Shown here piece after piece: positions 10,808 to 22,364 of a stretch of DNA of 64,000 bases. The notes below the pieces were generated by a model. The model was not told the origin of the DNA. It did not search any database and saw only the letters and a list, made by a program, of their open reading frames with translations. The number at the start of each line of letters is the position of its first letter. Positions within the stretch are counted from its first letter, which is position 1. The stretch lies in assembly GCF_053078305.1 (NCBI RefSeq), contig NZ_CP166879.1; one strand, written 5' to 3'. A program made the position numbers and the translations under genes.

Positions 10808-11635
10808 TTGGAAAGCCTGTTAACCCTTCCTCTGGCTGGTGAGGCCAGAGTCAGGATTTTACAAATTACCGATACTCACCTGTTTGCACAAAAGCACGAA
10901 GCCCTCTTAGGGGTAAACACCTGGGAAAGCTACCAGGCGGTGCTGGAGGCGATTCGTCCACACCAGCACGAATTCGACCTGATTGTCGCGACAGGTGATT
11001 TAGCGCAGGATCAATCCTCTGCGGCCTATCAGCATTTCGCTGAAGGCATCGCAAGTTTTCGTGCGCCCTGCGTCTGGCTGCCGGGCAACCACGATTTCCA
11101 GCCCGCGATGTACAGCGCGTTACAGGATGCGGGTATCTCCCCGGCGAAGCGGGTGTTTATTGGTGAGCAATGGCAAATCCTGTTGCTGGATAGCCAGGTG
11201 TTTGGCGTGCCGCACGGTGAGCTAAGCGAGTTTCAGCTTGAGTGGCTGGAACGTAAACTGGCTGATGCGCCAGAGCGCCATACGTTGCTGCTGCTGCATC
11301 ATCATCCGCTACCTGCGGGTTGTAGTTGGCTTGATCAACACAGCCTGCGTAACGCGGGCGAACTGGATACCGTGCTGGCGAAGTTTCCGCACGTCAAATA
11401 CTTGCTGTGCGGTCATATTCATCAGGAGCTGGATCTCGACTGGAACGGTCGCCGCCTGCTGGCAACGCCGTCGACCTGTGTGCAGTTTAAGCCGCACTGT
11501 TCCAACTTTACGCTGGATACTATCGCGCCCGGCTGGCGTACTCTCGAGTTACATGCTGATGGCACGCTGACCACCGAGGTGCATCGCCTGGCGGACACAC
11601 GTTTCCAACCTGATACCGCTTCAGAAGGCTACTGA
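10808..11635 (+). CDS. cpdA: 3',5'-cyclic AMP phosphodiesterase CpdA
   Basis: 275 aa; metallophosphoesterase motifs ([18 protein letters not shown]); ORF track start is a TTG codon. Confidence 0.9.
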   Translation: MESLLTLPLAGEARVRILQITDTHLFAQKHEALLGVNTWESYQAVLEAIRPHQHEFDLIVATGDLAQDQSSAAYQHFAEGIASFRAPCVWLPGNHDFQPAMYSALQDAGISPAKRVFIGEQWQILLLDSQVFGVPHGELSEFQLEWLERKLADAPERHTLLLLHHHPLPAGCSWLDQHSLRNAGELDTVLAKFPHVKYLLCGHIHQELDLDWNGRRLLATPSTCVQFKPHCSNFTLDTIAPGWRTLELHADGTLTTEVHRLADTRFQPDTASEGY

Positions 11636-12216
11636 TGTCTACGCTTCTTTATTTACACGGTTTCAACAGCTCGCCGCGCTCTGCAAAAGCGAGCTTGTTA
11701 AAAAACTGGCTGGCGGAACATCACCCTGACGTTGAGATGATCATTCCGCAGTTGCCGCCGTATCCTTCCGACGCGGCAGAGCTGCTGGAATCCATTGTCC
11801 TAGAACATGGCGGCGATTCGCTGGGTATTGTCGGTTCGTCACTGGGGGGATATTACGCCACCTGGTTGTCACAATGTTTTATGCTGCCCGCAGTGGTGGT
11901 AAACCCGGCGGTGCGCCCGTTTGAACTGCTGACGGACTATCTCGGTCAGAACGAGAACCCCTACACCGGGCAGCAATATGTGCTAGAGTCACGCCATATT
12001 TACGATCTTAAAGTCATGCAGATTGACCCGCTGGAAGCGCCGGATTTGATCTGGCTGCTGCAACAGACGGGAGATGAAGTGCTGGATTACCGCCAGGCGG
12101 TGGCGTACTACGCTTCCTGCCGCCAGACTGTCATAGAAGGCGGCAACCACGCATTCACGGGCTTCGAAGATTATTTCAACCCGATCGTCGATTTTCTTGG
12201 TCTGCACCATCTCTGA
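11635..12216 (+). CDS. yqiA: Esterase YqiA (alpha/beta hydrolase)
   Basis: 193 aa; [16 protein letters not shown]... with nucleophile-elbow motif GSSLGG; start overlaps the cpdA stop. Confidence 0.9.
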   Translation: MSTLLYLHGFNSSPRSAKASLLKNWLAEHHPDVEMIIPQLPPYPSDAAELLESIVLEHGGDSLGIVGSSLGGYYATWLSQCFMLPAVVVNPAVRPFELLTDYLGQNENPYTGQQYVLESRHIYDLKVMQIDPLEAPDLIWLLQQTGDEVLDYRQAVAYYASCRQTVIEGGNHAFTGFEDYFNPIVDFLGLHHL

Positions 12217-12241
12217 CGATCAACTCGAATTGCTAACTTAA

Positions 12242-14137
<1,896 letters not shown>

Positions 14138-14165
14138 TAATCCTCCCGCCAGAAGAATAAAACAT

Positions 14166-14198
14166 AGCCCGGTATACAAGTGTATACCGGGCTTTTTT
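14166..14198 (+). terminator. Intrinsic terminator after parE
   Basis: Hairpin agcccggtatac-aag-tgtataccgggct followed by TTTTTT; the receptor gene stop codon sits 3 nt beyond the T tract. Confidence 0.7.
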
Positions 14199-14200
14199 GA

Positions 14201-16342
14201 TCAAAATTCCATTTTCACCGTGAATTGCACTTCACGCGGATCGCCAATCTGATTCCCCAGATTATTTGTGGCGATGGAAGAGGTGTAATACGTTTTATCA
14301 AACAGGTTTTTGACGTTTAATTGCAGTGTGACCGGATACTGCAATTTCATTTTGTATGCGGCGAAGGCATCGGCAACGAAATAGCCTGGCAGATAATAGT
14401 CAGCCCCATTGGTTGCCGAACGACGGCTTACGCCATGTCCACCACCGCCAAACGTCAGTGTGTTATTGCCAGGCATGTTATGAATGTCATAGGTCAGGAA
14501 TAGCGAACCGGTATGACGAGGAACATTCGGCAATGGTTTCCCTGCATAATCAGGATCTTCCAGAACCTTAGCATCGGTATAGCCGTAGCTGGCAATGATA
14601 TTAATGTTTTCAGTTAATGCTCCCGCAAGGTCGACTTCTACCCCTCTTGAACGAACGCGGCCTGCCGTTTTGGCGATGGTTTCATCACCAATACTTTCGG
14701 TATACAACACGTTACGTTTATGGATATCAAACAGCGCAATATCTGCGGTTATACCATCGAACAGCTCGAATTTTGCCCCGACTTCGTAAGCATTAGATGA
14801 TTCCGGTGGAAGATCTCCGATGTAGCTGGCAATTGACGATTGCGGCATAAATGTTTGCGAATAATTAGCAAATAAGGATACCGATGGCGTCAGTTTGTAG
14901 ACTAACCCCAGTTTGGGCGTCCATTGTTCATCGCGGCTGTCAGTATTGACATTAAAAGGACGGCCTTTACCCGCATACTGCGTGTAATACTGATAGCGGA
15001 TCCCGGCGACGGCAATCCAGTTATCGGTCAGATAGAGCGCATCCTGTGCATAAGCTGAGTAGCTCTCCTGTTTGATCGTCTGATCACTGTCCGACGCCGA
15101 AACCGTTGTGCATTTGCTGGTATTGCCATAAACGGGGTTGTAGATATTGAAATCTTTAGCGTTTTTACAGCGAATCATATCTGTGCGCAGAAGATCATAA
15201 TATTCATATGACACCCCACCCAGAATCTCATTATAGAACCCAGCAATATCAACATTCCCTTGCAGATCCGCACGAGTAGAATGCATACGCTGGGTAGATC
15301 CCTGAGTTGCATCAACACGCCGTGTCAGCGTTCCTGTCGTTGCATCATACGCGGTAACGCGAGCCTGATTGTCGCTGTATTTATCCTGGCTGTAGCTGTA
15401 ATCAAAGCGCGCTGTCCACTGGCTATTGAGATGATATTCTGCGTTGAGTTGCGCCAGATCGGACTGACCATCTGTAATATTAAACGGTTCGTCAAAACGT
15501 ATTTTTCGATCAACGTTTACGGGCTGTTTCGTCGTAAGGTCGAAAATCGTTCCACGATCGAACGGAGTTTTATAGTCCCGATGGGAATAGAGCATGGTTA
15601 CTGTTGCATTATCACCAAACCAGGTGAGTGACGGGGCAATAAATGTACTGCGCTCTTTACCGAAGTTTCGCCAGTAATCTTCATCCTGCACTTCCCCCGT
15701 CAGGCGGTATGCCAGCTGAGTGCCTTCAATGGGACCTGTGATATCAAGTTGCCCAGTGCCTCCGCCAAAACTGGAGGACGTGGCTGAGACAGAACCATGG
15801 AATGTTTTTTCCGGGCGCTTGGTCACGACGTTAATCAATCCACCAGGATCGAGAATGCCATACAGCGTGGAGGCCGGACCTTTTAGCACTTCCACACGTT
15901 CTGTGGCGGCGTTGAAACTGCGAGGAAGTACAGTTCGCAGGCCGTTGGTCATGATGGAGCCATCCCGGTTAGCACCAAACCCACGACGTACAAAGGCGTC
16001 CTGAGTTCCGCCTAATGTATTGGTCTGTACCACGTTACTGACGTTATAAAGCGCTTCATCCAGCGTCGTTGCATTCTGATTTTCCAGAACCTGATCGCTA
16101 ACCGTATTGACCACCTGCGGGATATCCAGCATCGGCATATCGGTTAATGTCGCCGTGGAAGTGCTCAGAGGTTGATAACCATCGGTCGCCTCAGTTGCGG
16201 TATTTGCATCCGCTGTAACAGTGATTGTTTCGCCATCTTTGGTCGTTGCAGTGTCGGTTGCATGAATCATTGGTGCTGCAAAGAGCAGTGAAAAGAGCGC
16301 CCGACCTTTGATTCCTGAGAATGAAGGTGTGAACTTAGCCAT
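14201..16342 (-). CDS. TonB-dependent outer-membrane receptor, siderophore-receptor-like (accessory island; possibly fitA)
   Basis: 713 aa; signal peptide (MAKFTPSFSGIKGRALFSLLFAAPMIHA), TonB-box-like ETITVTA, plug then beta-barrel, C-terminal aromatic residue (...FTVKMEF). Confidence 0.9.
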   Translation of the reverse strand: MAKFTPSFSGIKGRALFSLLFAAPMIHATDTATTKDGETITVTADANTATEATDGYQPLSTSTATLTDMPMLDIPQVVNTVSDQVLENQNATTLDEALYNVSNVVQTNTLGGTQDAFVRRGFGANRDGSIMTNGLRTVLPRSFNAATERVEVLKGPASTLYGILDPGGLINVVTKRPEKTFHGSVSATSSSFGGGTGQLDITGPIEGTQLAYRLTGEVQDEDYWRNFGKERSTFIAPSLTWFGDNATVTMLYSHRDYKTPFDRGTIFDLTTKQPVNVDRKIRFDEPFNITDGQSDLAQLNAEYHLNSQWTARFDYSYSQDKYSDNQARVTAYDATTGTLTRRVDATQGSTQRMHSTRADLQGNVDIAGFYNEILGGVSYEYYDLLRTDMIRCKNAKDFNIYNPVYGNTSKCTTVSASDSDQTIKQESYSAYAQDALYLTDNWIAVAGIRYQYYTQYAGKGRPFNVNTDSRDEQWTPKLGLVYKLTPSVSLFANYSQTFMPQSSIASYIGDLPPESSNAYEVGAKFELFDGITADIALFDIHKRNVLYTESIGDETIAKTAGRVRSRGVEVDLAGALTENINIIASYGYTDAKVLEDPDYAGKPLPNVPRHTGSLFLTYDIHNMPGNNTLTFGGGGHGVSRRSATNGADYYLPGYFVADAFAAYKMKLQYPVTLQLNVKNLFDKTYYTSSIATNNLGNQIGDPREVQFTVKMEF

Positions 16343-16715
16343 TTAGTCTGTTATCCCAAAAACTCACGGATTGTCGTGAGTGAAAATTGTTTCTTGTTGC
16401 TCACTAAGCACTATCCGTTTGTTATTTCACCATCGGATATGTAATTGAGAATCATTCAACCATGCGGTAATGTAGTAGTAAATGAGAAATAACAAAAAAT
16501 TGCTACATGTGTTTTTTTGAGAGGTTAATGCAATTCAATTGATGGTAATTTATTAATATTTAATGATTTTATTTTTATCTTTAAAAATATTTCACCTGTT
16601 ATTTACCTTGTTTTTGTATGGCTTTTAACTTCTTGACTACTACATTTTGTGGCGTCAAACTCTCAAAAGAGAATGAGTTTTATTTTTGTTTGTCTTTGAT
16701 TAAGTTGGCGTACAC
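16343..16715. promoter_or_regulatory. Divergent promoter region between the receptor gene and the ABC-transporter operon; contains a Fur-box-like motif
   Basis: 373 bp AT-rich non-coding spacer; around 16438-16459 tatgtaattgagaatcattcaac partially matches the GATAATGATAATCATTATC Fur consensus. Not scored with a PWM. Confidence 0.4.
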
Positions 16716-17525
16716 GTGGCACATAACGCAAAAGGGCAGGGGCTGATCCTCGACAATGTTTCTGCCGGGTATCACAAGAAAATCATTGTTGATGGTGTTT
16801 CTTTCTCCGTTCCCACAGAAAAAATGACCGTTCTGGTTGGGGCAAACGGCTGTGGAAAGTCGACGTTGCTCAGCACCATTGCACGTATCTTGCAACCCAT
16901 GGGCGGCTCAATATTGCTGGATGGTAAAGCGATTCACGAGCAACCAACGAAAGCGTTATCCCGTAGACTTGGGATCTTGCCGCAGTCGCCATTATTGCCG
17001 GAGGGCTTAACCGTTTATGAACTGGTGTCGCGTGGGCGTTTTCCCTGGCAAAATTTCATACGTCAATGGAGCGACGCCGACGAGCAGGCGGTAGAAGAGG
17101 CCCTGAAATTAACCGGTACGCAGGAGTTTGCTCATTTACCTGTTGAAAAACTCTCTGGTGGGCAGCGCCAGCGTTGCTGGATTGCGATGGTGTTGGCGCA
17201 AAAGACGCCTTATATCCTACTGGATGAACCCACAACCTGGCTTGATTTACGTTATCAGGTTGAAATTCTTGAGTTATTACATGATTTAACGCGTCATCAC
17301 GGGCGTACAGTCGTCGTGGTGTTGCATGATCTGAATTTTGCCGTCAATTATGGTGATACGTTGATATTTTTACGCCAGGGGAAAGTGGTGCGTGTGTTGA
17401 ATGAGGGGGAGCATTGCACGCCTGAGCTGGTAAAAGCTGTCTTTGACGTTGATGTTCACGCATCAATAAATACTCTGACGGGAAAGCCGTTCTTCATGCC
17501 GTTTCGTGGTGTAGAAAAAGTATGA
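16716..17525 (+). CDS. ABC transporter ATP-binding protein, iron-siderophore (FepC/FecE-like) type
   Basis: Walker A GANGCGKST, ABC signature LSGGQRQR, Walker B ILLDEPT; GTG start at 16716 is uncertain. Confidence 0.85.
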   Translation: MAHNAKGQGLILDNVSAGYHKKIIVDGVSFSVPTEKMTVLVGANGCGKSTLLSTIARILQPMGGSILLDGKAIHEQPTKALSRRLGILPQSPLLPEGLTVYELVSRGRFPWQNFIRQWSDADEQAVEEALKLTGTQEFAHLPVEKLSGGQRQRCWIAMVLAQKTPYILLDEPTTWLDLRYQVEILELLHDLTRHHGRTVVVVLHDLNFAVNYGDTLIFLRQGKVVRVLNEGEHCTPELVKAVFDVDVHASINTLTGKPFFMPFRGVEKV

Positions 17526-18505
17526 TGCGCACAGGGCTGGTTACTGTAATTTTCCTCACCTTACTGCTGGTGGGATGCGTGGTATATCCAGGGATTGGTG
17601 CCCGATTTATTGCACCACAAACGGTGTTGCAGGCATTTCTTCATTTTGATCCGCAAAACTTCGATCACAGCGTAATTGTAAGACTCCGTTTGCCGCGTTT
17701 AGCGGCAGCATTGCTTACCGGTGCTTCTCTTGGTGTTGCCGGTGCTTTGTTGCAGGCTGTCATTCGTAACCCATTGGGGGAGCCACATATTTTAGGCTTA
17801 AATGCCGGAGCCGCTCTTGCTGTCGTTGCCGCCAGTGCGCTTGGACTGGCCTTTCCGGCTGGACGCCCACTGCTGGCATCTACGGGGGGCGCGTTATTGT
17901 TCCTGTTGATATTGCTGCTTTCCTCCGCAGGGCGTTCAGGGTTAACGCCAATGAAAGTTACTTTATGCGGCGTGGCGCTATCGGCGTTCGTGTCCTCAAT
18001 AACGGCTGCAATCCTGATTCTTGACGAACAAACACTGCTGGCGATGCGGACATGGCTAGCAGGTGATTTAGCGGGGCAGGATTGGGTGACGCTGGGTACG
18101 TCCGTCTGGTTTTCTCTGGGGGGATTTGTGTTAGCCATTTACCTTGCGCCCTCTCTTAACATGTTGGCACTGGGTGATCGCATGGCGCAGGGGCTGGGCG
18201 TCTCGGTACTCCGCACGCGAACATTCACCCTGCTTGCGATCGCGTTGCTCTGTGGCGCAGCCGTATCGATTGCTGGCCCCATTGGTTTTGTCGGCCTGCT
18301 AGTACCGCAGATTGTCCGGCGTCTGGTATCAGCGGATCTGCGCGTTCTGCTCCCTCTTTCAGCTTGTGTCGGCGCGCTTTTGTTATTACTGGCAGATATT
18401 ATTGCTCGGACGCTCTTCACGCCCCATGAGTTAGCGACCGGTGTCATGACGGCGTTAGTTGGTGCGCCTGTTTTTGTCATTATGGCGACGAGGATGTTCA
18501 AATGA
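17522..18505 (+). CDS. ABC transporter permease, FecCD family
   Basis: 327 aa polytopic membrane protein; start overlaps the ATPase stop and its stop overlaps the next start (ATGA), indicating translational coupling. Confidence 0.85.
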   Translation: MMRTGLVTVIFLTLLLVGCVVYPGIGARFIAPQTVLQAFLHFDPQNFDHSVIVRLRLPRLAAALLTGASLGVAGALLQAVIRNPLGEPHILGLNAGAALAVVAASALGLAFPAGRPLLASTGGALLFLLILLLSSAGRSGLTPMKVTLCGVALSAFVSSITAAILILDEQTLLAMRTWLAGDLAGQDWVTLGTSVWFSLGGFVLAIYLAPSLNMLALGDRMAQGLGVSVLRTRTFTLLAIALLCGAAVSIAGPIGFVGLLVPQIVRRLVSADLRVLLPLSACVGALLLLLADIIARTLFTPHELATGVMTALVGAPVFVIMATRMFK

Positions 18506-19551
18506 GTCGGATAATGAACGTCGGGCTACGCCCACTACGTGTTGGTAAGTTTTCGACACTGGTACGCCCTAAAAATCTGGTGTTGCTTGGTGGGCTGTTT
18601 CTGTTTGCGGTTGGAATACTGATATTCGGTCTGATGCATGGTTCTTTTTCTGTCCCGGCATCGGAAGTAGGACGAGCGTTGTTTGCTCCAGAAAACGTAA
18701 GCACAGACGCACGTTATATTGTGCAGGATATTCGCTTGCCGAGAGTCATCATGGCATTGCTATGCGGAGCCATGTTAGGTATGGCGGGGGCCGCGATGCA
18801 ATCCATTGCGCGTAACGGCCTTGCCGATCCTGGTTTAATCGGCGTCAAAGAAGGATGTAGCGTGGCGGTGCTGTGGCTGATTTTCCAGTTTCCAATGCTG
18901 GGAATGTTCTGGCGTCCAGTGGCTGGTCTTGCTGGTGGCTTGTTGGTGGCTTTAATCGTGATTTTTTGTGCACGCGATATTTCCCGCCCGCGATTTGTTC
19001 TGATTGGTATTGGTGTTTCCTGGTTTTTCGCCGCCGGTATCGGTGTATTTATGACCACTGCAGATGTTCGAGATGTACAAACTGCATTGATGTGGTTATC
19101 GGGAAGCCTGCATGCAGCTAACTGGATGTTAGTCGGTATTTCAGCCTGTTGGATGTTGCCAGCCACTCTTTTATTGCTGTTCACCGCCAGGACGGCGGAT
19201 ATCGCTCTGCTTGGTCATCAGGTTGCAACCGGGTTAGGGGTGAATAGTTCTCGTCTGGCGTTGTTACGTGTCGCCGCACCAATAATCCTGACAGCCGTCT
19301 GCGTTTCGTGTGTTGGTAACATCGGTTTTGTCGGATTGATAGCACCCCATATATCACGTTTTATTCTACGTGGCGGGCAGACGACATTACTGCTGGGGAG
19401 CGCCGTATCGGGGGCGTTGTTAGTCATCCTGGCGGATAGCATTGGTCGTTTGGCTTTTTTGCCTTTGCAACTGCCTGCCGGAATCATTATTTCATTGATT
19501 GGTGGACCATTCTTTTTGCTACTGCTCTGGCAGTGCAGGAACAGTTTTTAA
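18502..19551 (+). CDS. ABC transporter permease, FecCD family (second subunit)
   Basis: 349 aa polytopic membrane protein paralogous to the preceding permease. Confidence 0.85.
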   Translation: MSRIMNVGLRPLRVGKFSTLVRPKNLVLLGGLFLFAVGILIFGLMHGSFSVPASEVGRALFAPENVSTDARYIVQDIRLPRVIMALLCGAMLGMAGAAMQSIARNGLADPGLIGVKEGCSVAVLWLIFQFPMLGMFWRPVAGLAGGLLVALIVIFCARDISRPRFVLIGIGVSWFFAAGIGVFMTTADVRDVQTALMWLSGSLHAANWMLVGISACWMLPATLLLLFTARTADIALLGHQVATGLGVNSSRLALLRVAAPIILTAVCVSCVGNIGFVGLIAPHISRFILRGGQTTLLLGSAVSGALLVILADSIGRLAFLPLQLPAGIIISLIGGPFFLLLLWQCRNSF

Positions 19552-19561
19552 TGGGAGTTAT

Positions 19562-20509
19562 ATGCGTTTATTTTTTTCTCTGCTGATACTGTTGTCATTC
19601 TTTGCCCGCGCGACAGAACCTGTTCAGGTCTTTACTGATGATTTAGGGCGCAAAGTCACTGTTCCTGCTCATCCAAAGAGAATTGTCTCTTTACACGATC
19701 TTGATATCACTATTCCTCTGATTGAGCTCGGTGTACCTCCTGTCGCCAGCCACGGGCGAACTCGGCCTGACGGTAGCCATTTCATTCGATCAGGCGCGTT
19801 ATTGACAGGTGTCGACTTTGATAATTCATCGATCGCTTTTATTGGCACCGCTGATATTGATATTGAAGCGATTGTGGCGGCAAAGCCTGACCTGATTATC
19901 ACAGAACCGACCCGTAATACGCCCATTGAACAACTGGAAAAAATTGCGCCCACGGTGAGCATTGATCATCTCAAAGGAGGCGCGCCAGAAATCTACCGCA
20001 AGCTGGCAGAACTGACAGGAACGCAGTCGCAGCTGGCGATACTTGAACGCCGCTATCAGGCACAAATCAATGCGCTGAAGGCGACGCTGGACAGCCAAAA
20101 AATAACGGTATCGGTGATTCAGGCAAATCAGGGAAAAATTAATGTGATGCATAGCTATCATTCGCTGGGGCGGGTATTACGCGATGCTGGTTTTCGCTTT
20201 CCGCCGCTGATTGAGAGCATTCCTGAAGGTGGGCGAATGGATGTGAGCGCGGAGCGTTTACCTGAACTGGATGCCGATTTTGTTTTTGCAACCTGGCGCG
20301 GTGACACCGGTGGTAAACCTCAGGATGAGCTGGCAGCAATGGAAAAAGTCATGCCGGGATGGTGTCAGTTTCTGACTGCCTGTCGTTCCGGGCGTTATGT
20401 GCTGATTTCTCGTGAAGAGGCAATTTCTAACTCCTTTGCATCTCTGGGGCTGATGGCTGCGCAGATACAATCACAAATTGCGGGGCGACCTTTACCGGAG
20501 GCCAAATGA
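19562..20509 (+). CDS. Periplasmic substrate-binding protein (FepB/FhuD-like) of the ABC importer
   Basis: ORF track 19499..20509; preferred start is ATG 19562 (SD gggag) giving signal peptide MRLFFSLLILLSFFARA. Confidence 0.8.
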   Translation: MRLFFSLLILLSFFARATEPVQVFTDDLGRKVTVPAHPKRIVSLHDLDITIPLIELGVPPVASHGRTRPDGSHFIRSGALLTGVDFDNSSIAFIGTADIDIEAIVAAKPDLIITEPTRNTPIEQLEKIAPTVSIDHLKGGAPEIYRKLAELTGTQSQLAILERRYQAQINALKATLDSQKITVSVIQANQGKINVMHSYHSLGRVLRDAGFRFPPLIESIPEGGRMDVSAERLPELDADFVFATWRGDTGGKPQDELAAMEKVMPGWCQFLTACRSGRYVLISREEAISNSFASLGLMAAQIQSQIAGRPLPEAK

Positions 20510-21393
20510 TTCAGAAAGACAAAACGCGGGTTGATATTTATGGTGAGCGTTTTCGCACTCGCGCGAGTCAGTTAACGCCTGGGTTAAGAGCTGTCGCCAG
20601 CTATATTAATGAGCATCGTGAAGTGGTACTCGAGCAAACGGCGATGGAAATTGCGGCCACGTTGAACACTTCCGATGCCACAGTTATCAGGGCTATACAG
20701 GCCCTGGGGTTTGCCGGGCTGCGTGATCTGAAACGCACTCTGGAACAGTGGCTTGGTCCAGCCCTTAGTTCCAGCGAAAAGATGTCTACGACGGTGAGTA
20801 ACTTGACGAGCGATGTTAACACCGCAATCGACTTTGTTCTTGAAGGGCATTTGTATACCTGTAATGTCCTGTCAGAGCCTGAAAACCGCCACGCGCTTGC
20901 GCAAGCGGTAGCGTTGTTGGTACAGGCACGGCAAGTCGCAATTTTTGGCATTGGCGCTTCGGGTATTCTGGCGGACTATACCGCACGACTATTCAACCGC
21001 ATAGGTTTGCCAGCCACGGCACTAAACCGTACGGGTATTGGCCTTGCCGAGCAACTGATCGCGCTTCAACGTGGCGATGTTCTGATCATGATGGCGCAAA
21101 AATCTGCGCACCGGGAAGGGCTGACAACGCTGCGTGAAGCGAGACGGCTGGGGATCCCTGTTATTTTGCTGACAAACGCGCTGGATTCACGTTTTAGCAA
21201 AGACGCCAGTATCGTGATTCATGTTCCGCGCGGGGATGAAAAGGGGAAAACGCCACTACATGGTACGGTATTGTTGTGCCTGGAAATGATTGTCTGGTCG
21301 GTGGCTTCCGCGGTGCCGCAGCGTGCGGTTAAAACCATTAAGCGAATTAACGATTTCCATCGGGGGCTGAAAACGGGAAGAAAGAATGGCTAA
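20506..21393 (+). CDS. RpiR-family transcriptional regulator (N-terminal HTH plus C-terminal SIS phosphosugar-binding-like domain)
   Basis: 295 aa; HTH region (EIAATLNTSDATVIRAIQALGF) and SIS-like region (VAIFGIGASGILADYTARLFNRIG); start overlaps the binding-protein stop. Confidence 0.85.
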   Translation: MIQKDKTRVDIYGERFRTRASQLTPGLRAVASYINEHREVVLEQTAMEIAATLNTSDATVIRAIQALGFAGLRDLKRTLEQWLGPALSSSEKMSTTVSNLTSDVNTAIDFVLEGHLYTCNVLSEPENRHALAQAVALLVQARQVAIFGIGASGILADYTARLFNRIGLPATALNRTGIGLAEQLIALQRGDVLIMMAQKSAHREGLTTLREARRLGIPVILLTNALDSRFSKDASIVIHVPRGDEKGKTPLHGTVLLCLEMIVWSVASAVPQRAVKTIKRINDFHRGLKTGRKNG

Positions 21394-21401
21394 TCTGACC
21401 T

Positions 21402-21430
21402 GAGGCCGGTAGCAACACCGGCCTCTTTTC
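21402..21430 (+). terminator. Intrinsic terminator after the RpiR-family gene
   Basis: Hairpin gaggccggt-agcaac-accggcctc followed by TTTT, directly before the ygiN stop on the opposite strand. Confidence 0.6.
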
Positions 21431-21437
21431 AGGAATG

Positions 21438-21752
21438 TTAAATCCCCGGTTGCAGAATACGGATATTCATCTCCAGCACGTCGCCTTTTACGGCTTCGCT
21501 GTACGCCTTCATGTGCGGGGTTTGCAGATGCGCTTCAAGGTGCGCGATGCTTTCCCACTGCTCAATCATCACGATAGAGTCCGGTGCCATAGACTGGAAA
21601 CTCACGCCAGCAGCGCAATCCACCATTGGCGCATAGCCGTGGCAACCTTCTTCTTTCAGTACGGTTGGAACGATTTTAGCAAACTGATCCAATACCGCCT
21701 GACGGTGATGTTGACCAGGACGAGTACGGATTTCTGCGATTACGGTAAGCAT
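21438..21752 (-). CDS. ygiN: Quinol monooxygenase YgiN (ABM domain)
   Basis: 104 aa, MLTVIAEIRTRPGQHHRQAVLDQFAKIVP... recognised. Confidence 0.9.
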   Translation of the reverse strand: MLTVIAEIRTRPGQHHRQAVLDQFAKIVPTVLKEEGCHGYAPMVDCAAGVSFQSMAPDSIVMIEQWESIAHLEAHLQTPHMKAYSEAVKGDVLEMNIRILQPGI

Positions 21753-21782
21753 GGTTAACTCCTTCTAAAGCCTGAGCTCTAG

Positions 21783-22364
21783 TTAACCAAAAATTTCCAC
21801 AAGATGCTTGCGATATTCTTCAGTATAGCGGGGAACATCAGGCATTTTTATCACGTCATTAGCGATAAATGTCGGCAGCGGTTCCATGCCAAGGAATTGG
21901 TTTGCTTTATGGAACGGCAGATACACACCGTCGACGCCAACGCCGTGGAAGAATTGATCTTTTTCGGTGAAGGCTTCCATTGGTGCGTTCCAGGTCAGAG
22001 AAAGCATATATTTTTTGCCCTGTACCAGGCCGCCGGAACCGTATTTTTTCGACGGATCTTTGCGGGTACGACCATCGCTGGCATACAGCGTCCCGTGACC
22101 TTCGGTGAATACATCATCAATGTATTTTTTCACTGTCCACGGCGCGCCCATCCACCAGCCTGGCATCTGCCAGATCACCACATCAGCCCAGAGAAAGTTT
22201 TGTACTTCCGCTTTGACATCGTAGTCGCTGTCGGCGCGAACGATGCGAACATCATGCCCGAGGTCGCGCAGTGTGCCATCCGCGACTTCGGTCAGGGTGT
22301 CGTTCAGTTGACCATTGGAGTGGGCGAATTTTTTCGCGCCGTTGATAATCAGGATGTTGCTCAT
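21783..22364 (-). CDS. mdaB: NADPH:quinone oxidoreductase MdaB
   Basis: 193 aa flavodoxin-like protein (MSNILIINGAKKFAHSNGQLN...); recognised. Confidence 0.9.
   Translation of the reverse strand: MSNILIINGAKKFAHSNGQLNDTLTEVADGTLRDLGHDVRIVRADSDYDVKAEVQNFLWADVVIWQMPGWWMGAPWTVKKYIDDVFTEGHGTLYASDGRTRKDPSKKYGSGGLVQGKKYMLSLTWNAPMEAFTEKDQFFHGVGVDGVYLPFHKANQFLGMEPLPTFIANDVIKMPDVPRYTEEYRKHLVEIFG

Noticed and set aside
16680-16895. 71 aa minus-strand ORF overlapping the start of the ABC ATPase gene
   Set aside because: It is antisense to the Walker A-encoding region of a well-supported ATPase gene and has no motifs.
14199-21437. Interpreting the parE-ygiN island as a prophage, integrative element or transposon
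   Set aside because: No integrase, transposase, tRNA attachment site, terminal inverted repeats or flanking direct repeats are visible; it is better described as a simple insertion/deletion island of unknown origin.
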